Shown piece after piece: positions 50,451-64,000 of a DNA stretch of 64,000 nt (position 1 is the stretch's first letter; each line of letters begins with the position of its first letter). Origin of the DNA: Mobula hypostoma (lineage: Eukaryota). The notes beneath the pieces are model-generated. The model made no database searches, was not told the origin of the DNA, and saw only the letters and a list, made by a program, of their open reading frames with translations. Where the stretch lies: assembly GCF_963921235.1 (NCBI RefSeq), contig NC_086118.1, forward strand, positions 23,748,001-23,812,000, written 5' to 3'. The translations under genes were made by a program, and so were the position numbers.

Positions 50451-52289
50451 TCTATTTGTAAATACTTTTTTTTCATCTGACACTAAATAAAACCTCTTGC
50501 ACTAATATGATGTTGCAGGTTACCATCCATGTTTTTTTAATAGTTGACCCTCGTTGGCCACACTTAACCACACCTAATAGTGAGGTGTGACAGCTTTATG
50601 GCTAATTGACCAATTATTGGACTGTTACCATATGCACTCATTATGCTCTGATAATATACAGTATAATCAAGCTTACAGCAGTTAAAAAGAAAACTACACT
50701 GTACTGATATGATTAAGTTGAACAATTATCGTGATGACAAAGGCAAATATCCCCACTAAAACTGCTATTAGTGTCTTCATACCTCAGGCTCAATGAGAAA
50801 TATATTGCTATTCTGCTGATTTGCATTGATGGAGACCCTCTTGTGCTTGTTAATGCCACTTCCATGCCAATAATGACTTCACATGTCAAGTCAACTAAGT
50901 AGCTGTGGAACATTTCATCAGGCAGTCAGTTAGCAGTCTGTGCTAAACATATCACTGTCAGAGAGCTTTCATGTTTTAATGATGAGACATCAAATAAACT
51001 AATCAAGAGCAGGTATCTGCCTTTATCACTACTAAGAATATGGGCATTTTATATTCCTAGGTAACTGTGTTTTGTGCACTGTCACGTTATAAGTGATATT
51101 TTTAGCACAGGATTCATTGCCATCTGCACCAAGCAAATGTAGGACATCTCCTGTGTTCAGTCATTCTGTCTGGTAGGATACCCAGGTGAACCAGGCCTGC
51201 TATATTCCTCAGGCCGTATTTCACCTTCTGATCTTCTCAGCTTCTGGCCCACCTTTGAGATTTGCTGTAATTTCCTCACGCGAGGTTTCTGACACCTCCA
51301 AAGATATGGTCATACTGCTTCCCCCCATTAACTTGCCTCGTGCTGCCTGAATTCCACAGGACCCTACAACATGAAATTTGTTCCTGATGAAACCCATAGT
51401 CTGGTGCACTTTATTCAAGAATGCTGGAACTTAAACACAGTGGAACAGTTTATTTAATGTCTTTTTCCCACTGCTATCCACAGATGGTACAGCACATACA
51501 ACAATAACATCATCTACATCGTAATAGATAATATTTGCATACACGGCAGTTTGCCAACATATTTTATCCAGTTTCCAATTTACTTTTACATTTTAAAGTA
51601 GCAGTACAACTAATGTGAGAAATTGAATCAGTATTGTGAAAGAGTTTATTGCTCTTTTTATTAAAAGGGTGTTAATGTTATACATAATTTCTAACCACAT
51701 CCATAAGACCTTCATTACACTTATCACCTCATGCTATGTGCAACACATTTTTTTTTGCATGCAAGAAGAAACATTAAACCAAGTATTCAGCCCTGTGTAA
51801 AGTAAAGGACTGGATTTAATTGATGCTATTAAAATTGCACATTTGACTCTAATATTAGAGGCAAGCAGACTCGACCTGTATTTATATGCATATTCACTTG
51901 TAGATGAATTAGTATTAATCAAATCAGATGTTTGTGCACTGAAACATTTTTAGTGCCTAATTTTAAAAAGTCTCCTTAAATATCTGCTTAACCCAAGTGT
52001 ATTGCAATCTTAAGAACTTAATTGGTGAAGCTTCCCATTTGGTTTGACAGACTTGGTCAAAACTTGACCGGTGCTTTTTTGGCATACAATCCTCATGAGA
52101 CTAGTTTCTGAGTGTGATCTATTCATAATACTTTCCAAAACTATTCACCTATGCTCTGTAGCTAGAACAGCATTTTTAGTCCATAACAATGCTGCTTTCT
52201 TTTAAATAGGGAAACCAAATCATTACTGAATCAAGGGAAGACTGAAAAATTCTCAAAATGCCTGTGGCTGAGGTGGAGATACTTCACCT

Positions 52290-53220
52290 TAATTTGTGTC
52301 TTCAGGCTTCTGTACCTCCTCCTCAATGGTAGCAATGTGAAGATGGTATGCACTGGGTGATGGCGGTCTTTAATGACAGAAGCTGCCTTGTTGAGGCATT
52401 GCCTTTTGAAGATATCCCCAATGCTGGGGAGGCTAGAGCCCATGATGTATCTGGCTGAGTTTGCAACTTTCTGCAGCTTTTTTCGAACTTGTGCAGTTGT
52501 CCCTCCATTCCAGATCGTGATGCTCTTCCTGATATATCTGTAGAAATTTGCAAGAGTCCTTGGTGCCATACCAAATCACTTCAAACTCCAAATGAAATAT
52601 AGCCACTGCTGACTCTTCTTTGTAATTACATCAATATGTTGGGCCCAGGATAGATCTTCAGAGATGTTGATGCCCAGGAACCTGAAACTTCTCACCCTTT
52701 CCACTAATAATCCCTCAATTCAGATGGGCGTGTGTTCCCTCGACATCCTCCTCCTAAAGTCCACAATCAAATCCTTGGTCCTACTGATGTTGAGTGCAAG
52801 GTTGTTGTCTTAACACCACTCAAACAGCTGATCTACCTCAATCCTGTTTCGCCTCCTTGACACCATCTGAAATTCTGCCTACAATAGTTGTGTCATTGAC
52901 AAATTTATAGGTGACGTTTAAGCAGTGCTTAGCCACATGTTAATGGGTGCAAAGTGAGGAGAGCAGTGGGCTAAGCACGTATCTGTGAGGTGTCAGTGAG
53001 GAGGAGATTTAATTTCCAATCCACAAAGACTGTTCTCTCCCAGTGAGGAAGTCAAGGGTCCAGATGCAGAGGGAGGTACAGAGGCCCAGGTTTTGGAGCT
53101 TATTAATTAGAACTGATGGTATGATAGTGTTGAACACTGAGCTATAGTCAACAAAAGTAACCGGACATAGGTATTGCTATTGTCCAGGTGATCCAAGGTT
53201 GAATGGAGAGCCAGTGAGGT
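52290..53220 (-). mobile_element. Rex1/Babar-like LINE fragment
   Basis: TLANFYR..KLQKVANSA..LPSIGDIF..HPVHTIFTLLP. Confidence 0.82.
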
Positions 53221-53221
53221 T

Positions 53222-54185
53222 GCTGATGGAACTCAGCAGGTCAGGCAGCATCAATGGAAATGAAAAACACAATTGACGTTTCAGGCTGAGAGCTTTCTTC
53301 AGGACTGAGAAGAAAGAGAGAAGGTGCCAGAATAAAAATTTGGTGGAGGAAAAGGAAACTAGCCGGAAGGTGATAGGTGAAGCTAGATGAATGGGAAAGG
53401 TCAAGGGCTGGACAAGAAGGAATCTAGTGGGAGAGGAGAGTGGTGGACCATAGAGGAATGGGAAGGAGGAGGGAACCCGGGGAAGTGATAGGCAGGTGAG
53501 AAGAGGTAAAGGATCAGAGTGACAAATAGAGGGAGGGTGGGGGATTGTTTTACTGGAAGGAGAAATTGATATTCACCCATCAGTTGGAGGCTGCCCAGAC
53601 GGAATACAAGGCGTTGCTCTCCACCTTGAGGGTGGCTTCATCTTGGCACAAGAGGAGACAATGGACCAACATGTCAGAATGGAAATGGGAATCAGAATTA
53701 AGATGTTTGGCCACCAGGAAGTTCCACTTGTGCTGAATGGAGTGGAGGTGCTCAGTGAAGGGGTTCCCCAAACTTATGACAAATCTCACCAGGAGAATTG
53801 CAACCTGGCCTCAGCAAGAACAGGTCAGAGCTCTACACTACAACAGCACCCGCTTTTGTCTGTGGGTTTGATGGTGAGTTTGGGATTGGTGTGGAGAGAG
53901 TGGAGGGTCGTGCGTTCAGAGGGGGTAAGGTTTGAGGAGGAGAGAGGGTGCTGAAGTCGAGACGGTTGATGTCTCATCTGCAGTTCGAGATGAAAAGTTC
54001 CACAGCAGATCAAGAACCAGAGTACCAGAAGAGGGGTGGGTTGAAGGCGGGAGAAGGATCATTCATGCGGGGTGCTGAATTCTTGCCAGAGAGGTGGGTT
54101 CGGAGCCAGAGACGACAGAAGTAGAGCTTGACATTGTGGCGGGCACAGAACTGAGTTGCAGGCAAAGGGATTCAAAGGTGAGGCC
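53222..54185 (-). mobile_element. Decayed, internally deleted Penelope element
   Basis: LGNPFTEHLHSI..VAKHLNS; LTIKPTDKSG; hammerhead-like motif at 53271-53306. Confidence 0.8.
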
Positions 54186-55459
54186 CTTGTTGACATCAGA
54201 ACATTCTGCCTTTTCCGTTGGACCTTTGCATACATACCATATACTTGTACATATGACAAAAAACTTAGCTTGTCTACGTATAGTGTGTATAATTTTTCAA
54301 AAAATTCTGTTTTTTTTCCCCCGTAAGAAAATGAATCTGAGTAGTATATGGAAACATATGCAGTACATACTTTGATAATAAATTTACTTTGAACCTTTGA
54401 ACTCTGAACATTGAAATACTTCCACCATCCTTTCAGCACATTTCAGTTCACAGCAACAAGTATGAAAGAAACATGTCCTTGAACTTGTTAAGTGGTTGAC
54501 TGCTTACTTATAAAAATATAACCTGGTATAAAATTCTAAGATGTATGAATCATTAGTTTGTTATTAAAATAAACACACTGGTACACCTCACTGCCCTGAT
54601 TGTTGTGCCTTCATAGCATTTCCACATTGAAGACCCAGTGTGGTTCATTTTCACACTGGAATAACTTGATGAATGTGCTTTGTGTTAATTCCTTGTCCAA
54701 GGTTTAAGTAACATTGCCAATAACATTAAAGGAAAGAGGAAATTAATGTTTATAATTAATTCCAAAAAAACATGGTAAGATGAAGGCCTGATACTAAGAA
54801 AATAAATATCAAGTGTGATATAGCTTAAATTTAGCAGCAAAGCTAAGTATTAAGAAGAACTCTTAACACTTCATCACAAAGCAGACTCTTTCAAATTGCT
54901 AAGCTCCTTGATGGACTTTATCAATGGGCATTCAGAGATGCCGTCTCTGTCAGAGTAATGAATATTGTTGTCCTCCTTACTTATCTTTTATAGGAATGCT
55001 TTGGTTGAGCAATTTTTAGCTGGAGGTTATTAAGTTTCTGCCAATGATTGCTAATCATAAAATGTTACACAATCCCAGATTATTGATTTGGGTGATTTAT
55101 CACTCTTATATACTTTGCTACAGGTAATGGTATTTATTGAATTAGATATTTTATAGAGGAGCTGCTCTATATTACAAGATTAGAATTGTAATTATGACAT
55201 TCCCGTATTTCAGTGGTCTTATTGCCTGAATGATCAATCAAGGAGGGAAAATTGCTCTTTTGTGCGTGGTCATCTTCTAAATCCTTTATGATATCATAAA
55301 GACTGTCAGGTCTAGGAAAAATACACAATCCTCCCAGGACACAAAGAAATACAATTCAATAGTAACTGAGAAATACATGAAACCATTTGGTTTTTGGACT
55401 GCTATTTACTCAGATCTTGTTATTTATGATTTACAGGTTCTTTGTTTAGTGTTGAGTTT

Positions 55460-56115
55460 TAGAATCAGCAACAGCATTAGGATTTTACGACTGACATATG
55501 TCATGAAATGTGTTTCTTTGTGGCAGCAGTAAAGTGCAAAACTTTAAATTGGCTACAAGTTATGTACAAAAACAATAAACAAATAGTGAAAAAGAGGAGT
55601 AGTGAGGTTGTATTCATGGGTTCATAGATCATTCAGAAACCTAACAGTGAAGGAGAAGAAGCTGTTCCTAAAACAGTGAGCATTGTCTTCAGGCTCCAGT
55701 ACCTCCTTATAATGAGAAGATGGCATGTCCTGGATGGTGAAGGTCCTCAATGATGGATGCCATCTTCTTGAGGCAACCCCTCTTGAAGAGGACCTCAATG
55801 GTGGAGCCACTTCTGCCCATGATGGAGCTGGTTGAGTCCACAACCTGCTCTGATCCTGTGCATTGGGGCCTCAATACCAGACTCAATACCAGACGATGAT
55901 GCAACAGTTTGAGTGCTCTTCACTGTACACCTGTAGAAATTTGCTAAAGTTTTTGGTGACGTACTAAATCTCGTCAGGCTTCTAAGGACGCTAACATGCC
56001 TCCTTTGCCACTGCATCAGTGTTTTGCCCCAGCATAGACACTCCGAAATGTTGACTTCAAGGAACTTGAAGCTGCTCACCCTTTCCACCACCTCTCATTG
56101 AGGACTGGCATGTGT
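55460..56115 (-). mobile_element. Rex1/Babar-like LINE 3' fragment
   Basis: VERVSSFKFL.VNISE..TLANFYRCTV. Confidence 0.8.
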
Positions 56116-56504
56116 ATTAACTATCTTACCTCATACTTGGAACAATGTGAGTAATATAACCTGTTCAACACCCAACCCATTACTATACTGTATGTAGTTC
56201 AGAAACAGAGCATAATCAGGCCAAGAGTCATGGACTCAAAACATTAACTCCATTTCTCTTTCTACAGATGCTGTCCAGCCCACTCAAGTGTTTCCAACAT
56301 ATTACATTATTATTTCAGATTTACTCTTCTGAATGTGAAAATTGGGAAGAATTGATAATTTAGAAACATCTTCCTCATGGATGCTCAATAATTGCGATCA
56401 AATTGTTACCACCACTAGAAGAAAGTAAAGATTTGCAATATTACACATGAATTGAATTTGCCTCTATTTGGAAGAAAAGCTTTTGCAAATTTGATCCGAG
56501 TGGG

Positions 56505-56775
56505 ACACTACAGTCGCATAGTGGTTAGCACGACGCTGTTATAGCTTGGGGCATCAGAATTTGGAGTTCAATTCGACATCATCCGTACGGAGTTTGCCCC
56601 ATAACCCTGTGGGTTTTCTTTGGTGCTCTGGTTTCCTCCCACAGCCCAAAGATGTACTGGTTAGTAGGTCATTGCAAATTGTCCTATGATTAGGCTTGGG
56701 TTAAATAGGCGGGTAGCCAGGCAGCACAACTCATTGAGTCAAAAGGGCCTGTTCCATGATGTATCTCTAAATAAA
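56505..56775 (+). mobile_element. V-SINE
   Basis: CATAGTGGTTAGCAC head, GAGTTCAATTC box B, GTGGGTTTTCTTTGGTGCTCTGGTTTCCTCCCACAG. Confidence 0.78.
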
Positions 56776-59700
56776 AATGAAATAATATCATATTTTTGTC
56801 TTTCTAACCCATCCATAATGAAATTAGATATCTTAGCCTCGAAATATGACTTCAACCATTTCTGGTAGGTAGGTTGGGTAGACGATTTGTTCCACCCTTA
56901 TGCCAAATCAAGGCATAATAATTTTGAAATTGGATCCTCTTTGCTTTAAGAAATCACCTGAGATTTTCTCTTTGTGAGGTGTGGTAGAACATGACTTATA
57001 ATTTTTAGGTTGCAGCTGCTGTCTTATGCCTGTGTTCACTGCTGGGACATGTGACCGAGCTCCCCTGGGGGCGTTCACTAAGGCAACACAGAGAGGGGGG
57101 AGGAAAATCATGGAAAAGAAATGGGAAGTTGTGTGGAAAGAGAAGGTGGCAAGAGGAAATTAAGGGACAAGGGTTAATGAGTAACAAGGTCACTCATGCC
57201 ATAGTGTGGCTGAGTCAGGCCATGGTTGGTGCTGTTTGATGCCACAGCTATCACTGAGGTCACAGATCAAAGCACAGTACTGCAATTTTTATTAGTGCTG
57301 TCTGCAAAAAGGCAGCACATGTTTATCAATACAGGGGAATCATTGATTAATAAAAACTATGCTCCTGTGGCGGCACATCAATTTGCATATTATTTGTGGC
57401 AATTTACTTTTTATCTCAGTGAGGGTGAAGCTTTTGATCCAATTTCTGTCAACGAATGAGAAATGAATGGTGTGCACTTTGACAATGGCGGCATATGCAC
57501 AAAGCCCTAATGGAGAAATAATGCCAGCGTTAGGGTAAATTACATCAGGTAGCATCCCGTCCAATTTCCCAATGGGTGGGATTTACACCAGAAATGAACT
57601 AATAGGTCAAAACCTGCAGAAGGCACTTTCTGTGCATGATTTATGCATTAAAGCAGTGTGAATAAATTTAGCTAATCTAATTTTTACTGTTCTTTTCCTG
57701 AGCTCAACACAGAAAACATATCAACACTTAGCTTTTACATATTGCATGGCTGATTATCTCCCAGGTAGTATACTTGAAGAACAGGAACACTTCACTTAAT
57801 TAGTACATTATTCAATAAACATTTGTTTGGAAAAGTTTATGATTTAGGACAGTTCAGCATATGTTTAACTATGTAGAAGAGATTTGGGAACTTGGAGAGG
57901 AGAATGACTTATAGATACTGAATTCACACAATTGAAATAATCACACCAAGGTAAGTAACTACATTTATTGTCATTGGCCTGAAATTAAGATGAGAATAGC
58001 ATGCTAGCAGAACCCATCATTTTAATGGTGGGAAAATAGCACTGCCTTTAAGAGTACAATCATGTGGAGTTTAAGAGGCAGAAGTGCGGAAATTTGCAAG
58101 TCATTCACAGGCCAGTTGTCTTTTAGCCTTCACGAGCAACATTTTAAAAATTCATTCAGCTCTTCAGATAACTGCAAACCACTGCCCCTGTAAATATAAT
58201 AAAAATATTAGACCTTGTTGAATGGAGTGAAACTGAATGTTATAACAGGATTGTAAGCCGTGATTAATACCAAACATTTCCTCTGACTCTAATATTGCAT
58301 TTCCTCAGATATATATTTCAGATTTCAGGAATTTTAATTAAAATGCCAACAATTTATATATCTCAGCTCTCACATAATTTTATTTTATTTTGCACTTTTT
58401 CATGTTTTATGTTAGTCTAAATTTTTAAATTTCATCCTTTAGTATTTGTTATTTTCATTCCTTTGCTGAACTCTGACATCATAAAACTATCCAGCAAATT
58501 CTTGAGCATAGTATAGAAAACTAATAACCTTCCAAAGAGATGAAAAAAAACAAATTTACGTTTGCATTGTGCAGTTATGACAGGCAGAGCATATCCAAAA
58601 CCTCTATACCTAAAGTATAAATAATTACAGTGCAGACAAATGTAGTGGATGTTTAATAAAAAACAAGAATTCAACGCTTATCCTTATGGTCTTGATAACA
58701 CAACTGGAGTCTTTTTTCAGTAATGTCTCAGGAGTACTTGTAAGCATTATTTTGCAAACTTGTCCGAAACTTGATATGTGGAAGTTCAATGACTAAATGC
58801 AATTTTTTCATACTCAACAAATTTGATTTTATATTGATGATAAAATACAATTAGCACTTTGTTTATCGGAAGTTAGCCCCCTTGCCTCTATGCAGTTGAC
58901 AAATCTTTGTACATGGTCTACTGGCAACATTAACAGGCATGCAATGCATGCTTAAGGTTACTGCTGCACATTAATATTTGGTGTCACACCTTAGAAGCTA
59001 TATTTGCCTCAATAACCAGAGAAGGCCTTAAAAGAAAGGTGACAATGTAATGTACCCTGCTAATGCTGCTGCATAAAGCTAATTTTCACAGCATTTATAC
59101 CCTGTTTATTTATGACAATGAAAATAAACTTAAATTTGATATCTTCTCAAATGCGCTTTGGAAATCCCACCTTGTCCTAAGATACTGACAGGAGTTCACC
59201 AATGAACCAAGTGCTCAAAGAAGTTGCGAATTTGTTCCTGACCAGCGTGATCTGAGTGCTCATTTCCTTTCTCATGATGACAATTGTGTGTTGGATATAT
59301 ATGCTAAGCACTCCCTTCTCAGTGTAGTCACTTCTGATTCAAACAACCTGTTCCAAACCCATATTTTGAAACAATTGCTCTCACCACAATAATAAGGTAT
59401 CACAATACTGCATTTGCACTTTTTATCAAGATCTTGAAATGATATACTATTATAACATATAAACATCTAAAATGTACAGAATTATCATGCTAGTACATCA
59501 TATGTGTCAGTAAATTGATTCTGACAAAATCCCCCTTTTCCATACATGATACAATTTCTAACCTAGTGTTGTTGCATGAGAAAAGTCACCGGAGAGAAGT
59601 ACTGGTAGATATGACGTGGTCTCTTTATTCAACATTTTTTAAATATTTGACAAAATGAGACACAGGAGGCATCATATTGAGACCCCTTTCAGAGGAAGAG

Positions 59701-60989
59701 ACCTGCTTGACCCAATGCTACACAACATTTTGCTTGCTAAAGATCAAAGGACAATTCCATATTTACAATGCATCCACAATGCTTCCTTTGAGCTGCACAC
59801 GACTTTCACACCTCCTGCTCACAGCCACACGGCGGACACCCAAATGAATTTTAATCAGTATTGTCTGGTCTTCCCATTAACTGTGGTTCACGGTTCTTAG
59901 GACCTATTGTTCGGAGATGAATTTTAAATTTAATCTACAGTCCATATTCAGATTTGAAGATTAGTGGCTGAAGTTACTTGCTGAAGTTATTTGCTATATG
60001 CACTAACTACAAAAACGCCTTAACACCCAGGGGCTCCAACACTGCAATATCCCATCAGTACTACACTGATAATTGTCTACATGATGTGCCCAAGTCCTGG
60101 ACTGCAGTTTGAATGAGGTCCACTTCCAGCTGGAACTTGGCAAACAGTGCATTGTGCCTTAAGCTTTGATGATTTATTTCCCCTGGATGAAGATTAATTA
60201 AAAACATTAATATTTGATGCTTTCACATCATAAGAGAAAAAGTAAAGAATGAACTGCTGTTTTGCATTCTATATTTTCCTGCATGATTAATATTTTAGGC
60301 AACCATCTCAGAGTCAGACTCTCTGGTGTAAGGTTAAATAGGTTGCAGCCCATTTTCTGGCTCACTCAATCAGTGACAGAATGATGCTCAGTTTCCTTCC
60401 TAACAAATTTACTTTCCTCTAATACAAACTGAAACCTAATAAGAAATTCAAGGTCACACAGACATAAACATTTCCAGTAAATTTCTAATAAATATTTTTT
60501 GTAAATTAAACATAAACCATATTGTTTATAATCTCAGCATCATCCACAACTCCAACGTGAGCTTCCAAACTTTGAATGCATTCAGTCACAAAGACTACTT
60601 CTGTCATTGCCCAATTCCATCACTGTCTGAAGCCAGCTGCTGATTGCTTATGGCTTTATCCCCTCAGCAACTAATCTTCCTTTCCACTCTTTAAGTTCCA
60701 CAAATGTCACCTTATCCAACATTATGTCACCCTTATTTTATCTGTATCCAGGTTTTTTCCTGTCTATCAATCCCTCCACTGTCATTGACCCACAGTCTGT
60801 TAAAAACTCCAATTGAAAATACTCATTTAAATGACAAATTTATCTCAGTAGCCTTCTCTTTTTATACTTAAGGTGAAGGTAGATAAATACCTATGTAGGG
60901 TTCTCAGTAATACTCATTGTAATGTTAATTGTTAAGGCTGACAAAATGGCTTCTCTGTACTGTTAACCGCTGAGTAGTAAGGAGTTCTC

Positions 60990-61499
60990 TGTAGCAGCAT
61001 GTTTGGGCTATAATTAGTGATAACGGGACGTATTCATTTGCCAGCCAATGGATGTCATGTTATTCTATCTGTATGTGTTGGAACCGGAGGGAATGCGTGG
61101 GCTTTTGGTCAAGGAGAAGAGAAGAGGTCGGATGTGAGTCAAGCGCTCTGGTAGATCACCGGGAGTGATCCCAGCTGAGGGTCGATGGAGTTCAGAGGAG
61201 ATCGATGGGAGGAAAGGATTCTGAATTTCATGAGCTCCAACAAATTATTAGTGCACAGAATTGATAAATTTACAGACTTGGCGCCTTTATTTTATTTTGT
61301 TTCTACTAACCCATCACCAAGAAATAATTATAAAGTGTAATCATTTACTTGCCTATTGTGTGCCGTCTGATATCTTATGCCATGGCCTTGTACCAGGGTG
61401 CAATCACACAGTATCCACACCAATATGATTACAGAGTTGGTGGGGTCCACGCCAGTTTACCCTAGACAAACTGGAGTCAGGTGGGGCATAGCCGCTACA
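60990..61499 (+). mobile_element. Probable solo LTR (510 bp)
   Basis: Inverted termini TGTAGCAGC...GCCGCTACA; no clear TSD. Confidence 0.55.
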
Positions 61500-62254
61500 T
61501 TTAAAATATCAAGGAAAAGGTTTCTGGAGAACTAGTACAGAAGAGCAATTGTTACCAGCATAGATCATCCGTGGTTATAGTGAACAGCAGGAGAGACTTG
61601 AGGAGCTGAGTGGCATACTCCTACTTCTATTTTCTTGTGTTCTAGTATTATAACCATAAGATTCCTCATTTCACAAGTTCTGATCTTTTTTCTTCCTATC
61701 TTCTCTTTGTCCTGTGTCTGGCAACTGTTTGTTGAGATGTTAGTAACTTACATTCTTATATTCCTTGCGTTAAACATTTACCTTGTCACAATCACCACAG
61801 TTCTTAATATCTGCCTCTCACTAATATTCGTTCCTTTCTCAGTATCCATTTGCACCTTTTACAGTTCTCTGTCTACCCCAGATTTAATTCTACATTAAAT
61901 GCACCACATGTTTTATATTTCCCCACTCAGATGGAGAATTTCAAGCTCCATATTGCATTCTCTTCAACTTTTCCTGTCCAAAATCAACATTGTTGTGGTC
62001 AGAAACCTACAATGAATAATCCAAGGCAGAGAGGGAATGTTTTATAAACCACTTGTTTCATCCAAGATGGAGAGATGAAAGCAACTCCAAACATCTGCAA
62101 AAAATAAGAATCTCTTATCCCACTTGGAATAAGAAGAGAACACAGCACATCTGTCTTTGGTGATATTGTTTAATGCTACACTATTGCTCTTGAGACACTG
62201 CAGCTCTTTGTCACATAGAATTTCCGTTGTTAAATGAAAGGTTCCATGATCCTA

Positions 62255-63180
62255 AACAAAAAAGAGTCTGCAAATGCTGCACGTCCACCCTAAAGCATAC
62301 ACAAAATGCTGGAGGAACTCAGCAGGTCTGGCAGTATCTGTGGAATGGAATAAACAATCAAAGTTTCAGGCCAAGACTCTTCTTCAGGACTGGGAAGGAA
62401 AGATGAAGATGCTAGAATAAAAAGCTTGGGGGAGGAGAGGAGGATTAGCTAGAAGATGATAGGTGAAGCCAGGTGGGTGGGAAAGGTAAAAGACTGGAGA
62501 AGAAAGAATCTGATAGGACAGGAGAGTGGACCATGGTAGAAAAGGAAGATGGAGGGGTACCAGATGATAGGCAGGTGGGGAGAAAAGGTAAGAGGTCAGA
62601 GTGGGGAATAGAAGAAGAAGGAAGGGGGAAGGGAAAAAATGGAACAAGAAATCAATGTTCATTCCATCTGGTTGGAGGCTATTTAGGCAGAATATGAGGT
62701 GTGCCTCCTCCACCCTGATAGTGGCCTCATCTTGGCAAAGGAGGAGGCCATGGACAAAAATGTAGGAACAGAAACAAGATAATTAAAATGGTTGGCCTGC
62801 AGGAAATTCCACTTCTGGCAGATGGAGCCAAATTGCTCAACAAAGCAACACCCAAGTTTATTTCGGGTCTCACCAATGTCGAGGAGGCTGCCATAGACAA
62901 CCTCGACGTATTTGCAAATGAAGTGGTGCCTTGCCTCGAGGGGCTGCTTGGGACCCTGAATGGAGGTACGGGAGGAAGTGAATATGCATGTGTAGCATTT
63001 CTGCCATTTTTCAGAGATATGTGCTAGGAAGGAAATTTCAAATGGATGAAGGGATCACAGAAAGTGGATAGTTGTTGGGGGAGGGGGGATGTCATGAGGT
63101 GTTTTTTAGTTGGATCCAGTTGAAAATGATGGAAATTGTGTAGAATGATGTGTTGGATATGGAGGTGAGTGAGGGTGTTA
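62255..63180 (-). mobile_element. Decayed Penelope 3' fragment
   Basis: EEAHLIFCLNSLQPDGMNIDF; decayed hammerhead at 62356-62391. Confidence 0.8.
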
Positions 63181-63297
63181 GGTCCCATGATCCAAAGTTC
63201 TTGTAGCAGTTTGGCACATGGTTGGAACTAATCCAGACATATTAGAATTCAACATGAACTGAGAAAAAAAGCATACATATGTGCTTAACATGGACTA

Positions 63298-63378
63298 TAC
63301 ATTCAGTGGCTAATTAATTAGATACACCTCTACAACTGCTCATTAATACAAATATCTAATCAGCCAATCATGTGACAG
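63298..63378 (+). mobile_element. Tc1-like terminal repeat relic
   Basis: TA-CATTCAGTGGC..ATTAGATACACC..AATATCTAATCAGCCAATCATGTG; no partner end seen. Confidence 0.55.
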
Positions 63379-63849
63379 TTCACCCTCTCCAACTCCAGTC
63401 ATAGTTTCCTTCCTTTGTCCTTGTGCTTAATTGTTACCTGCCACTTCATCACGAAGTACAGAGCAGTTAATATTTTTTAGTCAAAACTTCTAATAAAGAA
63501 TAAATATAGTACTAAGATAGTCTTACATTGAAGAAGCTGCACCTGCTGAGTTTCTAGGCCTTTATCTCAGATAGACAATCATTTTTCAGTTTAAGTTCCG
63601 TTTCAGTTAGTTTTCAGTTTTAGCAGATGGGCATGAATCATTAAAACTCTGCTGAGAAGACCTGTGACTTATCACATTTAGCTAAATTGCTGCCAGCCAT
63701 TGTGAGAAATCAAACTGCAGCACTCTGTAAACATGCTTGTAAAAAATACCGTGTTCTCTGTCAATATTTCCTGTTCCATAGTGAAAATAGAAAATGTCAG
63801 AATCTACCAGCTAATCTGGCAGCACTGGAAGGAAACAAAATGCCTTGTC

Positions 63850-64000
63850 AGAATGTGGTCAAGGAGTAAGGTTGGAATGGGAACAATGCCTCGTCAGAAT
63901 TCCAGTTACTGTCTGTAATGAGTCTGTACGTTCTCCCCATGACCATGTGGGTTTCCTCCGGGTGCTCCGGATTCCTCCCACATTCCAAAGATGTATGGGT
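63850..64000 (+). mobile_element. V-SINE running off the window end
   Basis: GTGGGTTTCCTCCGGGTGCTCCGGATTCCTCCCACATTCCAAAGA. Confidence 0.85.

Noticed and set aside
119..63918. Remaining short ORFs in the six-frame track
   Set aside because: They are antisense or off-frame readings of transposon relics, or chance ORFs without recognisable motifs

Overview
Eukaryotic vertebrate DNA, most likely a cartilaginous fish (inferred from V-SINEs, CR1 copies with (ATAGAAAC)n tails and abundant Penelope tails). It is intergenic or intronic: no host protein-coding gene, rRNA, true tRNA or CRISPR array is supportable. The window is a dense mosaic of nested transposons. These are a full-length decayed Ty3/Gypsy element with 94-bp LTRs (80-4808), a second Gypsy remnant, solo LTRs, many Penelope-like element (PLE) pieces, Rex1/Babar-like, CR1 and L1 LINE fragments, tRNA-derived SINEs, a hAT-like element with a BED-finger exon, and mariner/Tc1/hAT MITEs. 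The most notable signals are: (1) about 13 minimal hammerhead-ribozyme motifs in PLE tails, three with intact cores; (2) a ribozyme-bearing PLE tail inserted in frame into a PLE reverse transcriptase ORF; (3) a twin-priming-type 5'-inverted L1; (4) a 20-bp gag sequence copied over a catalytic motif of the Gypsy RT; (5) repeat-poor, motif-rich candidate enhancers. All alignments were done by eye, and boundaries without a TSD are approximate.
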